From Octopus sinensis (taxonomy: Eukaryota): DNA of 64,000 nucleotides. Below the pieces are notes generated by a model. The model saw only the letters and a program-made list of their open reading frames with translations. It did not search any database and was not told the origin of the DNA. Made by a program: the position numbers and the translations under genes. The stretch lies in assembly GCF_006345805.1 (NCBI RefSeq), contig NC_043022.1, positions 7,688,001 to 7,752,000 of the forward strand, in the 5' to 3' direction. This document shows positions 11,713 to 25,000 of this stretch, piece after piece; within the stretch, counting starts at the first letter, position 1, and each line of letters begins with the position of its first letter.

Positions 11713-11987
11713 CATGGTCTCCCAATATCGCCAAGAACCGTTTGACGTCACCACGAGATGACAGATGGCACTGGCTGTGCAGCTGCTGATGTCGCTGCTG
11801 TCATTTTCAGTGTTGCAATGGTTGACGCTGCACCTGTTGCTGCTGCTATTGTCTCTCTGCAGCAGCAGCAACAGCAGCAGAAGTAACACCAGCAGCAATA
11901 GTAGCAGTAGTAACTGTAGCAAAAATGCGAGCTATATAAACAAGAGCAGCAGCAGCAGCAGCAGCAACAATAACAATAGCAATAATA

Positions 11988-12023
<36 letters not shown>

Positions 12024-12024
12024 G

Positions 12025-12146
12025 CCCTTTCTACCATAAGCACAAGGCCTGAAATTTTGAGGGAAGGGGCCAGTTGATTACATCGACCCCTGTGTTTCAC
12101 TGGTACTTAATTTATTGACCCCGAAAGGATGAAAGGCAAGTCGACC
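12025..12146 (-). mobile_element. SINE family B fragment (tail type b)
   Basis: cacaaggcctgaaatttt..catcgacccc..ggatgaaaggcaagtcgac. Confidence 0.85.
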
Positions 12147-12172
12147 CCATCGGCAATTGAATAATAATAATA

Positions 12173-12727
12173 AATTTCTTTACTACCCACAAGGGGCTTA
12201 AACACAAAGGGGACAAACAAGGACAGACAAACGGATTAAGTCAATTATATCGACCCCAGTGCGTAACTGGTACTTATTTAATTGACCCTGAAAGGATGAA
12301 AGGCAAAGTCGTCCACCGCGGATTTGAACTCAGAACGTAGCGGCAGACGAAATACCTAATTTCTTTACTACCCATAAGGGGCCTAAACACAGAGAGGACA
12401 ATCAAGGACAGACAAAGGGATTAAGTCGATTACTTAATTTATCGACCCCGAAAGGATATAAGGTAAAGTCGACCTCGGCGGAATTTGAACTCAGAACGTA
12501 GCGGCAGACGAAATACCTAATTTCTTTACTACCCACAAGGGGCCTAAACACAGAGAGGACAATCAAGGACAGACAAAGGGATTAAGTCGATTACTTAATT
12601 TATCGACCCCGAAAGGATGAAAGGTAAAGTCGACCTTGGCAGAATTTGAACTCAGAACGTAGCGGCAGACGAAATACTGCTAAGCATTTCAGCCGGCATG
12701 CTAACAATTCTGCCAGCTCGCCGCCTT
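12173..12727 (-). mobile_element. SINE family B: one head plus three tandem bodies
   Basis: Junctions gaaatacc|taatttcttt after 12356 and 12517; head aaggcggcgagctggcaga (reverse complement) ends at 12727. Confidence 0.9.
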
Positions 12728-12782
12728 GAATAATAATAATAAAAATAATGATGATGATGATGATGATGATGATGATAGTAAT

Positions 12783-12980
12783 TCTTTCTGTTATAGGCAG
12801 AAGCCCTGAAATTTTTTGGGGGGTGGGGAGCTACTTGATTACATTAAACCCCAGTACTTAACTGGTACTTATTTTATTGACCCTAATATGATAAAAGGCA
12901 AAGAGGACCTTGGTGGAATTTGAACTCGGAACTAAGCATTTGGCCCATTGTGCCAACGACTCTGCCAGGTTATCACCTTA
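12783..12980 (-). mobile_element. SINE family B, diverged
   Basis: Same body and tail b with more substitutions. Confidence 0.8.
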
Positions 12981-13179
12981 CTCTTTACTCTTTTACTCCT
13001 TCACTTGTTTCAGTCAGTTTGACTGTGGTCATGATGGAGCACCACCTTTAGTCAAGCAAATCGACCCCAGGACTTACTCTTTGTAAGCCTAGTATTTATT
13101 CTATCGGACTCTTTTGCCGAACCACTAAGTGACAGGGATATAAACACACCAGCATCGGTTGTCAAGTAATGTTGGGGGA

Positions 13180-13212
<33 letters not shown>

Positions 13213-13375
13213 CGACAAGCTTCTTTCAGTTTCTGTCTACCAAATCCACTCACAAGGCTTTGGCTGGCCTGAGGCTATAGTAGAAGCACTTGCCCAAGGT
13301 GCCATGCAGTGGGACTGAACCTGGAACCATGTGGTTGGTAAGCAAGCGACTTACCACAACAGCCACTCCTACGCC
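12981..13375 (-). mobile_element. SINE family A, full length
   Basis: Consensus match end to end. Confidence 0.9.
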
Positions 13376-13412
13376 TTAGTTATAAAAATAAAAATGATAA
13401 TAATAATAATAA

Positions 13413-13819
13413 TAATCCTTTCTACTATAGGCACAGGGCCTGAAATTTGGGGGAAGGGGTCTAGTCTATCACATCGACCCCAGGACTCAAGTGGCACCCT
13501 ATCAACCCTGAAAGGAGGAAAAGTGAAGCCGACCTTGGTGGAACTCAGACTCATGATGCAGCAATGGGCGAAATGCCGCCAAGCATGTCATCCAGCATGC
13601 AAACGATTGTGCCTCGTTTTTATTGTAGGCACAAGGCCTAAAATTTTGTAGGAGGGTTCTAGTTGGTGACATCAAACCCCAGTGCTCAACAGGTACTTAT
13701 TTTATCGTCCCTGAAAGGATGAAAGGCAAGGTGGACCTTGGCAGAATTTGAACTCAGAACATAAGGACGGATGAAATGTCACAAAGTATTTTGCCCGGTG
13801 TGCTAACGAATTGGCCAGC
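13413..13819 (-). mobile_element. Two family-B SINE copies in tandem, ending at the gap
   Basis: Two aggcacaaggcct...gaactcaga blocks. Confidence 0.8.
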
Positions 13820-13919
13820 NNNNNNNNNNNNNNNNNNNNNNNNNNNNNNNNNNNNNNNNNNNNNNNNNNNNNNNNNNNNNNNNNNNNNNNNNNNNNNNNN
13901 NNNNNNNNNNNNNNNNNNN
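13820..13919. other. Assembly gap (100 N)
   Basis: Run of N. Confidence 1.
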
Positions 13920-14014
13920 GTACATTTAAACTATCGTTTTTTTGCTTGCACATGTACTTCTATAAAATTAACTTCTACACATCTGCACATAAATGGAGAC
14001 TAAGACATTCTCAT

Positions 14015-14227
14015 ACGTGTGTGTGTGTGAGTGTGTGTGTGTGTTTGTGTGTGTTTTTGTGTGTGTTTGTGTATGGTTTGTGTGTGTTTGTGTGTGTGTG
14101 TGTTTGTGTGTGTGTGAGTGTGTTTGTGTGTGTGTGTGTTTGTGTGTGTGTTTGTGTATGGTTTGTGTGTGTTTGTGTGTGTGTTTGTGTGTGTGTGTGT
14201 TTGTGTGTGTGTTTGTGTATGTGTTTG

Positions 14228-14258
<31 letters not shown>

Positions 14259-14275
14259 TTGTGTGTGTGTGTAGC
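14015..14275. repeat. (GT)/(GTTT) microsatellite
   Basis: Direct reading. Confidence 0.97.
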
Positions 14276-14619
14276 GAGAGAGAGAGAAATAGGTAGAAAG
14301 ATTGCCGACAACATACAGACCATACATATGTTACGCTCACAACACAGTCACGCTCATATATGTTCACTTGCACACAAACAAACATACACACTTTTTATCC
14401 CCCCCCCACGTACATATATTCACTCACACAGACATACATTCAATCTCACACACACACGCACACCACATACATTCATTCACACTAAAACACTCGCACACAC
14501 CCAAACACCCTCTCATACACATCTCATCTCACATACACTCACACACCGACGCTCTCTCTGTCTGATTCTCATGCCCACACACACGTACACGTACACATAC
14601 ATACACATACACACACACA

Positions 14620-15110
14620 TACTCTCCGCCTTTTAACTCACACACACATACAATCACTCACACACACGCACACAACCAAACACCCTCTCGCGCACATCTT
14701 ACATACACTCACACACCGGCGCTCCCTCATTCTCATGCCCACACACACGTACACATACACACATTCACGCACACACACACACATACTATCTGCCTTTTAA
14801 CTCACACATACACACAATCACTCACGCACACGCACACAACCAAACAACCTCCCATACACACACTCTGACACATACAAACTCGAACACTTTCTCTCTCATT
14901 CACAAACACACACACACACACGTATACATACATACACATACACACACACACATACTCCCCGCCTTTTAACTCACACATACACACAATCACTCACGCACAT
15001 ACGCGCACAACCAAACAACCTCTCATACACACACTCTGACACATACAAACTTAAACACTTTTTCTCTCATTCACACACACACACACACACACATATAACA
15101 CACACACACT
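14620..15110. repeat. ~167-bp CA-rich tandem triplication
   Basis: gccttttaactcacaca recurs near 14627, 14792 and 14960. Confidence 0.8.
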
Positions 15111-15619
15111 CCATAATTCACCGTAGCATAGTATTTATATTAAGTAGCGCTATCCAACGAACAAGACGTTAGCTTCATTTGTTCTGCATTGATTCGCCAT
15201 TTGTCTTCACGATCTGTCACTTCCGTTGACATGGCCGCTCTTCATATCAACTCCCACGTGACTGGCACCAAAAAGAAAATTATCACCAACTATATCATTG
15301 AAGGAATCTCTGTTTTAGCTGTTCTTTGTCTGTCTTGTTGGCTGGTTGGTTGGTTGGTTTGGTCGGTGTGGTTGGTTGTTGTGGTTGGTGTCGGTTAAAG
15401 TTGGCGTGGGTGGGTGTTGATGCGGACCTGGTTGCTGTCTTTGGTAATGTGGTTGGAGTAGCAGGTGTTGGCGTTGGTGTTAGTGTTTTAAGAGCTGGCT
15501 GACTGGCTGGTTATATTGTTGTTGTGTGAGTCTGCTATCACTGTACTTGTAGTTCTTGTTGTTGTTTATGCTCTTAGCGTTGTTTATATCGTTGTTAGTG
15601 TGTATATATACATAATCTT

Positions 15620-16002
15620 TTACCTTTCGCTTGTGTCAGTAACTAGACTGCGGCCATGCTGGAGCAACGCCTTGAAGGACTTTTTAGTCGAATGAATTGA
15701 CGCCAATATTTTTTTCATTTAAGCCTGGTACTTATTCTATAGGTTTTCATTTGCCGAACCCTTAAGTTACGGGAACATAAACACAGACACAAAGGCGCAC
15801 ACAAACACACTTGCAATATGTGTGTGTGTGTACTGGTGTGGCCGTGTGGTAAGTCGCTTACTTTCCAACCATATAGTTCTTCGTTGAGTCCCACTGCGTG
15901 GCACCTTGCGCGTGTGTCTTCTACTATAGCCTCGAGCAGACCAAAGCTTTGTGAGTGGATTTGGTAGACCGAAACTCGAAGAAGCCCGTTATATATATAT
16001 AT

Positions 16003-16033
<31 letters not shown>

Positions 16034-16385
16034 TTGTCTGTTTCTGTCTGTATTTGTCCCCCATCCCACCATAGTTGGACAACTAATGTTAGTGTGTTTA
16101 CGTCCCCGTAACCTGGCCATTCGGCAAAAGAGACCGATAGGTATAAGTACTAGGCTTACAATGATTAAGTCCTGGGGTCGATTTTTTCGACTAAAACCCT
16201 TTAAGGTGATGCACCATATTCGCTGCAGTATATTCATTGAAACAAGTAATAGAATAACAGAATACGACGGGCTTTTTTCAGTTTCCGTCCACCAAATTCG
16301 CTCACAAGGATTTGCTTGGTCTAGACTATGGTGAAAGACACACACTCAATGTGTACCGCTGTGGGACTGAATACACTGTATGTGC
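15620..16385. mobile_element. Plus-strand family-A SINE (15836-16258) nested in a minus-strand family-A SINE (15620-15810 and 16262-16385)
   Basis: Tail half and head half of the minus copy flank an opposite-orientation copy. Confidence 0.75.
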
Positions 16386-16536
16386 TTGTGTGTGTGTGTA
16401 TGTTTGTGAGTCGGTTTGTTTGCCGAATCGTTAACACGCCGGACAAAATGCTTCGCGGCGTTTCGTCCGTCTTTATATTCTGAGTTCAAATTTCGAAGGC
16501 GCACATTATATACATTTATGTAGTTAGACACCCACA

Positions 16537-16580
<44 letters not shown>

Positions 16581-16614
16581 ACACACATACAATATATATA
16601 TATTATATATATAT

Positions 16615-16645
<31 letters not shown>

Positions 16646-16814
16646 GATGCAAGCGTGGTTGTGTGGTAAGAAGTTACTTCCAAAACCACATGGTTTGGGT
16701 TCAGTCCCAAGTACGTGGCACCTTGAGCAAGTTACTTCTACTATAGCTTTTTGCCGACCAAAGCCTGATGGGTGGAAAGAAATCCGTGTACATATCTATG
16801 TAAGTCTAGTAGTA

Positions 16815-17082
16815 ATTCTATCGGTCTCTTTTGCTGAATCGCAAAGTTCCGGGGACGTAAACATATCAGCATCGATGTCAAGCGATGTTGAGGTGGGACA
16901 CACACACACACACACACACACGCACGGGCTTTTTTCAGTTTATGTCAACCAAATCCACTCACAAGGCTTTGGTCGGCCCGAGGCTATAGTAGGAGACACT
17001 TGCCTAAGGTGTCACGCAGTGGTACTGAACCCGGAACCATGTGGTTCGTAAGCAAGCTACTTACCACACAGCCACTCCTGCG

Positions 17083-17084
<2 letters not shown>
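16815..17084 (-). mobile_element. SINE family A, preceded by a decayed plus-strand head (16665-16790)
   Basis: Consensus match; head ends at cgcc 17084. Confidence 0.85.
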
Positions 17085-17117
<33 letters not shown>

Positions 17118-17389
17118 TTTTCATTTGTCTCTCTCGTAAACATCTACCATCTTACTAAGTTGAGAACACAGATTCCATGGTAAGACTGTTTGACGTCTAT
17201 CTTTAGCATGCAAGGGATCCGCATACTGGCCTCTCCTATTGTTTATAGCTTATAAATTCCACTTTCAGTGAGCTGCCCTACAAATGGGTAGACAATATTT
17301 GAGCAATATCTCTTGATGTGGCTTCAAAAACTTCACTGCGGAGAGACTTTTTGAACAGCCTGTATTAAGGGATTTATTGTGGTTGTGAC

Positions 17390-18180
17390 GACAGTTGCGG
17401 TGATGGTTGGGGTCGGCGGCACTTGTGGTTGAGGTGGTGCATGAGGTGATGGTGGTTATAGTTGTCATCGTGGTGGCTATAGTAGGGGTGATTGTAAAGT
17501 TGGGGTCCTTCTGACGGTAGTTATAGTGGTCGTTGTGATGGCGGTGGTGGTTTTTGGTATTTAGCGGTGCTGATACATATAGTGATAGTGGAGGTGGTGG
17601 TGGTGGTGGTGTCATTAGCACTGGCAATCGTGATAATGATGGTGGTGTTGTAGTTGTGATACTAATAAAGATGATTGTGGTGATGGCGATGGTGTGATGG
17701 TGATGGTGATGTTATCTGCAGTGGCTATCGTGATAATGATGGTGTTTGCTCTGGTGGTAAGAGCGGCTGTAGTGATGTTGAAGTTGGTGGTAGTGCTGGT
17801 GGTGGTTGGTAGTGGTGGTGGTGATGCTGGTGCTGATGGTGCAGGTGGTGGTGGTGGTGGTGGTGGTGGTTTGCTGTGTTGATGTTGCTAGTGATGATGA
17901 TTGCTATGATAGCGGCGGTGGTGATGATATCCGTGGCGATGGCCACCGTGATAGTGATGGCGACTTGTTCTCACGGTGGTGTTGGTGGTGGTGTTGTCGT
18001 AGTACTAGTGGTGATACCAATACCAGTCCCGCTGCTTCTGATGATGTTGATAACGATGATGATGATAGTAGTGGTGGTGGTGTCAATAGCGACAGACACT
18101 ATGGCGGTGGCGGTAGCGTTTGTTATAGCATTGACGTCATAAGCGGCGGTAACAATGGCGGTAATGTCGCTAGAGACGAT
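17390..18180. repeat. (GGT)/(GAT) cryptic trinucleotide mosaic
   Basis: Low complexity; ORFs in several frames. Confidence 0.9.
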
Positions 18181-18619
18181 AACGAAATAAGGATTAGTTT
18201 TGGCCGCCATTTTATATTTCCTTTTCGCCTCATTATTTTATCCGTTATTCGGTTATTTTTTTAATATATTTATTTAGTTACCTGTCTATCTCTATCCCTA
18301 ATCTGTTCTTCACGTCAACACTAATCGCATCTCATCTCTCATTCTTTATATCACGCTTTCCCCCACCCCTCTTTTAATTTTTTTTATCTTTATTTCATTC
18401 GTTCCCTCGTTCATTATTTATCTTTCCTATGGACTTGTTTCTGTTGTATTGTTTTTTTTTAATTTGTTTCTTTTGTTATCTCTTTTATTTCTTTATTTTA
18501 ATTTATTTTGTAATTTGCTTAACTTTTAGAAAATTTGTTCAACTTCATCTCCTTGTCTTCTGTCCTTGCCCCTAACCCGAACTCTCATCCCTCAGATCAC
18601 TGTCTCGTCTGTCATATCT

Positions 18620-19480
18620 CTAAACTCCCCCTCTCTCTTTCTATTTCCCTCTCTCTCACATACACACACTTTTTTCCTTTTTTTCTTCCTTTCTCTCTCC
18701 TCTTTTCTCTCTCCCTCTTTTCCCTCTCTCTCTCTTTTGTACTCTCTTTCTATCTCTCAATCTTCCTTACTTTCTCTCTTCTTCTCGCTCTCTCCTTGTC
18801 TCTCTCTTTCTTCCTCACTCTTCCTCTCTTACTCTGTCTATTTCTCTCTCTCTCTCTCCTCTCCTCTCTCTCGCCCTTAGACTTCCTCATTCTTTCTGTC
18901 TTTCTCCTTCTCTTTCTTTTCCTTTCCCTCTCACTTTCTCTCTTCCTCTCGCTCTCTCCTTGTCTCTCTCTCTTCCTCTCTCACTGTCTCTTTCTTCCTC
19001 TGTCTCTTCCTCTCTCACTCTCACTCTTTCTCTCGCTTTCTGCCTTCCTCCTCCTCTTTCTTCTTTCTCGTTCTTTCTCTCTCCTATTCCTGTCTCTCTC
19101 ACTCCCCTCCTCTTCTCACTCTCTCCTTTACTTTATCATTCTCATTTCCCTCTCCCTCACTGAATTCCTCTCTCCTCTAATCTTTCATTCTCTGTCTCTC
19201 CACCTATCACTCCTACTCTCTCTACCCTTTCTCTTCCACTTCCCTCTCCTCTCCCCACCTCTATCACTCTCTCTCTCTCCCCCTCGCTCGCCCCTCCTCA
19301 TCGATACCCCCTCTCAATCTCCCTCTCTCTCTCTTTCTGCCCTACTTCATATTCTTTTCCTCTCTCAATTTGATTCTTCTCATTTCTCCCTCTCTCTCTC
19401 CACCCTCTCATTCTCCCTACCCAACCCCATACTACTATTTTCTACATACTTCCCTTCCATCCCCCCTCCCTGCACACACA
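18620..19480. repeat. Polypyrimidine (CT-rich) tract
   Basis: About 850 bp almost free of G on the plus strand. Confidence 0.93.
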
Positions 19481-19524
19481 TACATTCTCTTTCCTTGTGT
19501 TCATGTGTGGTTCTCTTACGCTGA

Positions 19525-20660
19525 CCATGATGATGATGATGATGACGGTAATAATGATGACGATGGCCAAAAATATGATACTGACGATGATGTTAACGAT
19601 GATGATGGTCGTGGTTGTAGTGGTGGTGGTGTGGTGGTGTGGTGGTGGTGGTGGTGGTGGTGGTGGTGGTGGTTATGATGATGATGATAAGGGCAGTGAT
19701 GATGGCAACGAGGACAATGAGGATGATGACGATGAATATGATGATACCAGAACTACCACCACAACCATCACTCCGCCACCACCACCACCTCATCACCGAC
19801 ACCACCAGCACTGTCACCACCACCACAGCCACCACACTTCTACCACCACCACCCCATCACCTCCTCCACCACCACCACCACCGATACCACCAGCACTGTC
19901 ACCACCACCACAGCCACCACACTTCTACCACCACCACCCCATCACCTCCTCCACCACCACCACCACCGATACCACCAGCACTGTCACCACCACTACAGCC
20001 ACCGCACTGCTACCACCACCACCAGCACTATCACCACCAACACAGCCACCACACTACTACCACCACCACTCCATCACCTCCACCACCACCACTACTATCA
20101 GAACACCACCATCAAGATAATTACCGCAACGATAATCTTCACTACCACGAACAGCAACATCGCTACTGCCACTACTGCCCACACTCTAAAACCAACACCA
20201 CTACGTCCAGCACAAACTTCACTGCCACCACCACGGTCTCAACCACCCCACCATCATGATGAGAATGATGAGGATGATGATGATGATAACGAGGACAATG
20301 ATGATGAAGTCGCCTACGAATATGATGATGATAACCGAGACATGATGATGAAGTCGCCTACGAATATGATGATGATAACGATGATGATAGTCGTGGTGGT
20401 GGTGGTGGTGTTGTTGTGGTGGTGGTGGTGGTGGTGGTGGTGTTGTTGTGGTGGTGGTGGTGGTGGTGGTGGCTTTGGTGGTGTCGGCGGCGGTGGTGGT
20501 GGTGGTTGATGGTGATGGTAGTGGTGGTGGTGGTGTCGGTGGTGGGGGTGGTGCTGGTGATGATGATGACAACGAAAACGATGATGATGACGACGACGAC
20601 GATCATTAAAACCGCATCAATGATGATGATGATGATTATAACGGCAACGATGACGATGAC
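19525..20660. repeat. (GGT)n / (ACC)n / (GAT)n mosaic with strand switches
   Basis: GGT block, then ACC block, then GGT block, with internal duplications. Confidence 0.9.
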
Positions 20661-21229
20661 AAAATAAGGATATTTGGAAGAAAAGAAAGGAAGCGGTTGG
20701 ATTCTGATTAAGACGATGGGGACGATGAGAATTGAGTTAATGAATAATTAAGCAGATGAATTTTACGTGACTGAATGTATACCGAACGTGAACTCGAACC
20801 CGTCTCGGTTCTGTCCAATCGAAAACCTCTTACAGACACTACATGTACGAGCATCATCTATTCATTTACCATTCACCGGAACGGAACAGGGATTTGAACT
20901 CGGTTCTGTAAGCTATCGACACATACATCAATTTGAGGCTGCTCCATCCGCGCCTGGAGCAGAGAGATGATGTGTTTTATTGGGAAGCTGTACACAAGGC
21001 ATCTTTTCGTTTTCTTATCTCAGTCATTGGAATGCGGCCAAGCTGGGGCACCACCGTGAAGAATTTTTAGACGGATGAAATTACCCTAGCACTTCATTTT
21101 ATATTAAAGCCTCGTACTTATCGATCTGTTTCGTCTAGTTTATAGCGAAGTAAACATAGCAACACAGGTAGTCAAGCAGCAGCAGGGGACAAAAACGGAT
21201 ACAAACACACACATATATTTATATGTATA

Positions 21230-21435
21230 CAGTAGTACCTCGGTGACTGCGGCCATGCTGGAGCACCGCCTTTAGTCGAGCAAATCGACTCCGGGACTTA
21301 TTCTTTGTAAGCCCAGTACTTATTCTATCGGTCTCTTTTGCCGAACCGCTAAGTGACGGCGACGTAAACACACCAGCATCGGTTGTCAAGCAATGCTAGG
21401 GGGACAAACACAGACACACAAATATACACACACAC

Positions 21436-21474
<39 letters not shown>

Positions 21475-21634
21475 GACAGGCTTCTTTCAGTTTCCGTCTA
21501 CCAAATCCACTCACAAGGCTTTGGTCGGCCTGCGGCTATAGTAGAAGACACTTGCCCAAGATGCCACGCTGTGAGACTGAACCCGGAACCATGTGGTTGG
21601 TAAGCAAGCTACTTACCACACAGCCACTCCTGCG

Positions 21635-21678
<44 letters not shown>

Positions 21679-21834
21679 TATCGAGAGATAGATATATATA
21701 AAGCACGATTTATTCTTGATCAGAGGCGTTCGTAAACCGAAGTACTACTGTAAGCCGAAGTGAATATGAGAAAGCCTGGAGATAAAGCACGATATATTCG
21801 GGATCAGAGTTGTTTGAAAACCGAGGTTCTACTG
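21230..21834. mobile_element. pogo/Tigger-like MITE interrupted by a SINE
   Basis: TA|cagtagtacctcgg ... ccgaggttctactg|TA: 14-bp TIRs with one mismatch and TA target duplication. Confidence 0.7.
21244..21636 (-). mobile_element. SINE family A, full length, young
   Basis: Near-consensus; sits directly after the left MITE TIR. Confidence 0.92.
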
Positions 21835-22010
21835 TATATATAACAGGTGTATTTGAAAAGATAATCGAAAGCTCTTACACACGCTAGAAAGAAACTTCTT
21901 ACAAGAAGCTTAGTGACATTCTGATAAAGAATTCACAGCTTTTTTTTTTTAAATAATCTTTTTTGCCCTTAGTAAAAGTGTATCAAGTAATTTTCACAAA
22001 AGACTTTTAA

Positions 22011-22066
<56 letters not shown>

Positions 22067-22286
22067 TTGTATGTATGTATGTATGTATGTATAGAACAAC
22101 ACAGTGCTTTTCTTGGATTATTTCTCTCTCTGTCTGGACCTTCCTATCTCCTTTTTCTGACGATCAGCCATGCTCGAAACGTCAAACTCTCATCCATCTT
22201 AGACTGAGCGTCAACGTAATACATTCACTGTGTAGGTCCTTTTGGCTGTTGTTTTTATTTTTGGTTTGCCTATATATATATATATA

Positions 22287-22598
22287 TACGAGGGTGAGTC
22301 AAAAAGTAATACCATTTTGTTAAGGACAGGTGTAATTACCAACACAGGAACATGTATCATACATCAACATGAAGCTTTGTGGATCACATCCCTACTTCTC
22401 AACATAGTCACAGTTTCTCTCAGTAGCAATGTTCCACCTTCGAATGAGAGCATGTATCCCTGTCCCGTAAAATTCTGTTGACTGTTCTTTGAGCCACTTA
22501 TTTACTACAGTTTTCACTTCCTCGCCACTGGAATAACGTTTGCCTCTCAAACCCTCTTTTTTGGTGCCGAAGAGATGATAGTCTGAAGGCGCTAAATC
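22287..22598 (-). mobile_element. mariner transposon 3' end with transposase C-terminal fragment
   Basis: DLAPSDYHLFGTKKEGLRGKRYSSGEEVKTVVNKWLKEQSTEFYGTGIHALIRRWN..DYVEK* carries the mariner DLAPSDY motif. TIR ta|cgagggtgagtcaaaaagt at 22287. Confidence 0.92.
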
Positions 22599-22741
22599 TA
22601 CAACCATCACCAATACGAGCAAATCTCTTATCACTAACTACGAACACGTTTATCATTAACAGCACCACCACTCCCACCACTACCACCCAAACCATCATTA
22701 GTACCATTTAAGCCATCACCATTATCACCACAAATGTCATC

Positions 22742-22979
22742 AATACCTATTTCTTTACTACCCACAAGGGGCTAAACACAGAGAGGACAAACAAGGACAA
22801 ACAAACGGATTAATCGATTATATCGACCCCAGTGCGTAACTGGTACTTATTTAATCGACCCCGAAAGGATGAAAGGCAAAGTCGACCTCGGCGGAATTTT
22901 AACTCAGAACGTAACGGCAGACGAAATACAGCTACGCATTTCGCCCGGCGTGCTAACGTTTCTGCCAGCTCGCCGCCCT
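22742..22979 (-). mobile_element. SINE family B, full-length monomer ending in aaagaaataggtatt
   Basis: Head, body and tail a are all present. Confidence 0.92.
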
Positions 22980-23238
22980 CAAATGTTATCAATACCATCA
23001 CGTATGTTATTAACTACTAGCACAACCATTACTACCTCTTCAATACCTCAACATTTATCACTGTTGTCTGTAGTTCGGCCACTACTTAAGCCATCGCAAC
23101 AACCACTTCAAACACTATCCCTACCTCCTCAACCATTAAAACTACCACTGTTGACACACACACACAAACAACTGAACTTCGAAAGAAAGCAGACGATAAT
23201 ATAATATTTTTGATTTTAAAATGAATCAGTAGTAGCAC

Positions 23239-23267
23239 AAAATGGCGACCATGTAAGAACCGGAAGT
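23239..23267 (+). promoter_or_regulatory. Candidate promoter or first-exon cassette: YY1-like AAAATGGCG plus ETS-like ACCGGAAGT
   Basis: Two consensus motifs 12 bp apart in non-repetitive DNA; also reads aaaATG GCG ACC AT|GTAAGA (start codon plus donor). Motif evidence only. Confidence 0.25.
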
Positions 23268-23984
23268 TGAGAGAAAGGGAAAAATTTCATCAATATCTGA
23301 TGCTGGAGACATATTTTACAGACTTACAGAAAATCCGATAAGATCCGCTTTTAATTAAGTTGGAGATTACGGAGTGGATATCCGTGCGATGCAGATGCAG
23401 TTAGACAATCGCTTTCGTTATGTAATATATTGTGCAATATCGGCTTCTTTCTCGATTGGTCGCTGAGGTCTCATAACATAATTTCCATCGGAAGAAAGTA
23501 TAAGACGTGTAGCTTGATCTATTCCTGTCTTTCTGACGGGACATTAAGCGGCCTAAATGGATATGAAATATGTTTGATTATTCCGTTCTTTTATCGGCGA
23601 CTGAAAGCACATCGGGATTTCAGGGCTTTGTTTATTTGTTTGTTTGTTTGTTTTAGGGGGGGGGGAGGTTTACTTTGTTTTTTTTTTTTTCATTTTTTTG
23701 TTGTTGTTTGTTTTGTTTTTTAAATTGTTTTGCGTAATCTAAAGGTGGGAGAGAAGTAAAACAAAAGCGCGTAACCTTTGCTTGCAGGCCCTCCTCTTAC
23801 AGCGCTAAGATCGATGTAGTTTAGTTGCTCATAAATATTGGTTCTGCACTTGCAAGCCAATAAATATTTCTAAATTTCGCCACAAGAGGATGAATTCATT
23901 TTTTTTTGTTTTATTTATTTATTTATTTTTTATATTATATTATTTATTCTTTTTCTGAGACGTGTGCGGTCGATTTAATTGCCA

Positions 23985-24964
23985 CGCATCGCCATTACCA
24001 CCACCACCCTCAGTACAACTACAACCACCATTCCTATCACCAGAGCTACCATCACCACCAGCACTACTACCATCACCACCACCACCTTCAGTACTACTAC
24101 TACCACCACCACTCCTATCCACAGAGCTACCATCACCACCAGCACTATAACCACGACCACCACACCGCTACCACTATCACCACCACTCCCACCAGCAGCG
24201 CTCACACCACAACCACCACCACTGGCACTACCCCCCCATTACCAGCACTACTACCATCAAAACTACCACCCTCAGTACTACTACCACCACCATTCCTATC
24301 ACCAGAGCTACCATCATCACCAGCACTATCACCACGACCACCATCACCGCTACCATTATCACCACCACTCCCATCAGCAGCGCTCACACCACAGCCACTA
24401 CCACTGGAACTACTAGCATCCCATCACCACCAGCACCCCATTACCAGCACTACTACCATCACCACAACCAAAACCGCCACCACTATCACCACCATCGACA
24501 CCAACTTTATCACCACCACCAACACCACCAGCACTATCACCACAACCACCACCACGCCCATCGTCAGCACTACCACTACCACACCCATCGCCAGCACTAC
24601 TACCAACACTACCACCTCTATCACCTCCACCACGAGCACTACAGCCACGACGATAACTTTCACCACCACGAGCATCCCCACCGCTATCGTCACTACTGCC
24701 TACACTCTAAAACCAGCACCACCACTACTACCACAACCACTACTGTTACAGCCACCACCACGATCGCAACCACCCCGCCATCACCATCTTCATGATCGTT
24801 ACTATCACCATTCAACATTCACCACTGCGAAACCACCACCACCTCCATTATCATTGCAACTCCACCACTACTCACCGTAACATTAACACCACCACCACCA
24901 ACAGCTTTACCTTCACAAGCAACACTGCTGCTACTATTACAACTATTATTATTACTACAATTAA

Positions 24965-25000
<36 letters not shown>

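Noticed and set aside
10504-11922. 472-aa and overlapping His/Thr-rich ORFs
   Set aside because: Translation of (CA)n-based VNTR; open in several frames because the repeat lacks stops.
18535-19524. 329-aa Leu/Ser/Phe-rich ORF
   Set aside because: Read-through of a CT polypyrimidine tract; no domain signature.
23906-24880. 324-aa mucin-like His/Thr/Pro ORF
   Set aside because: Trinucleotide mosaic with ORFs in most frames on both strands and a start in a T-rich tract; no coding evidence.
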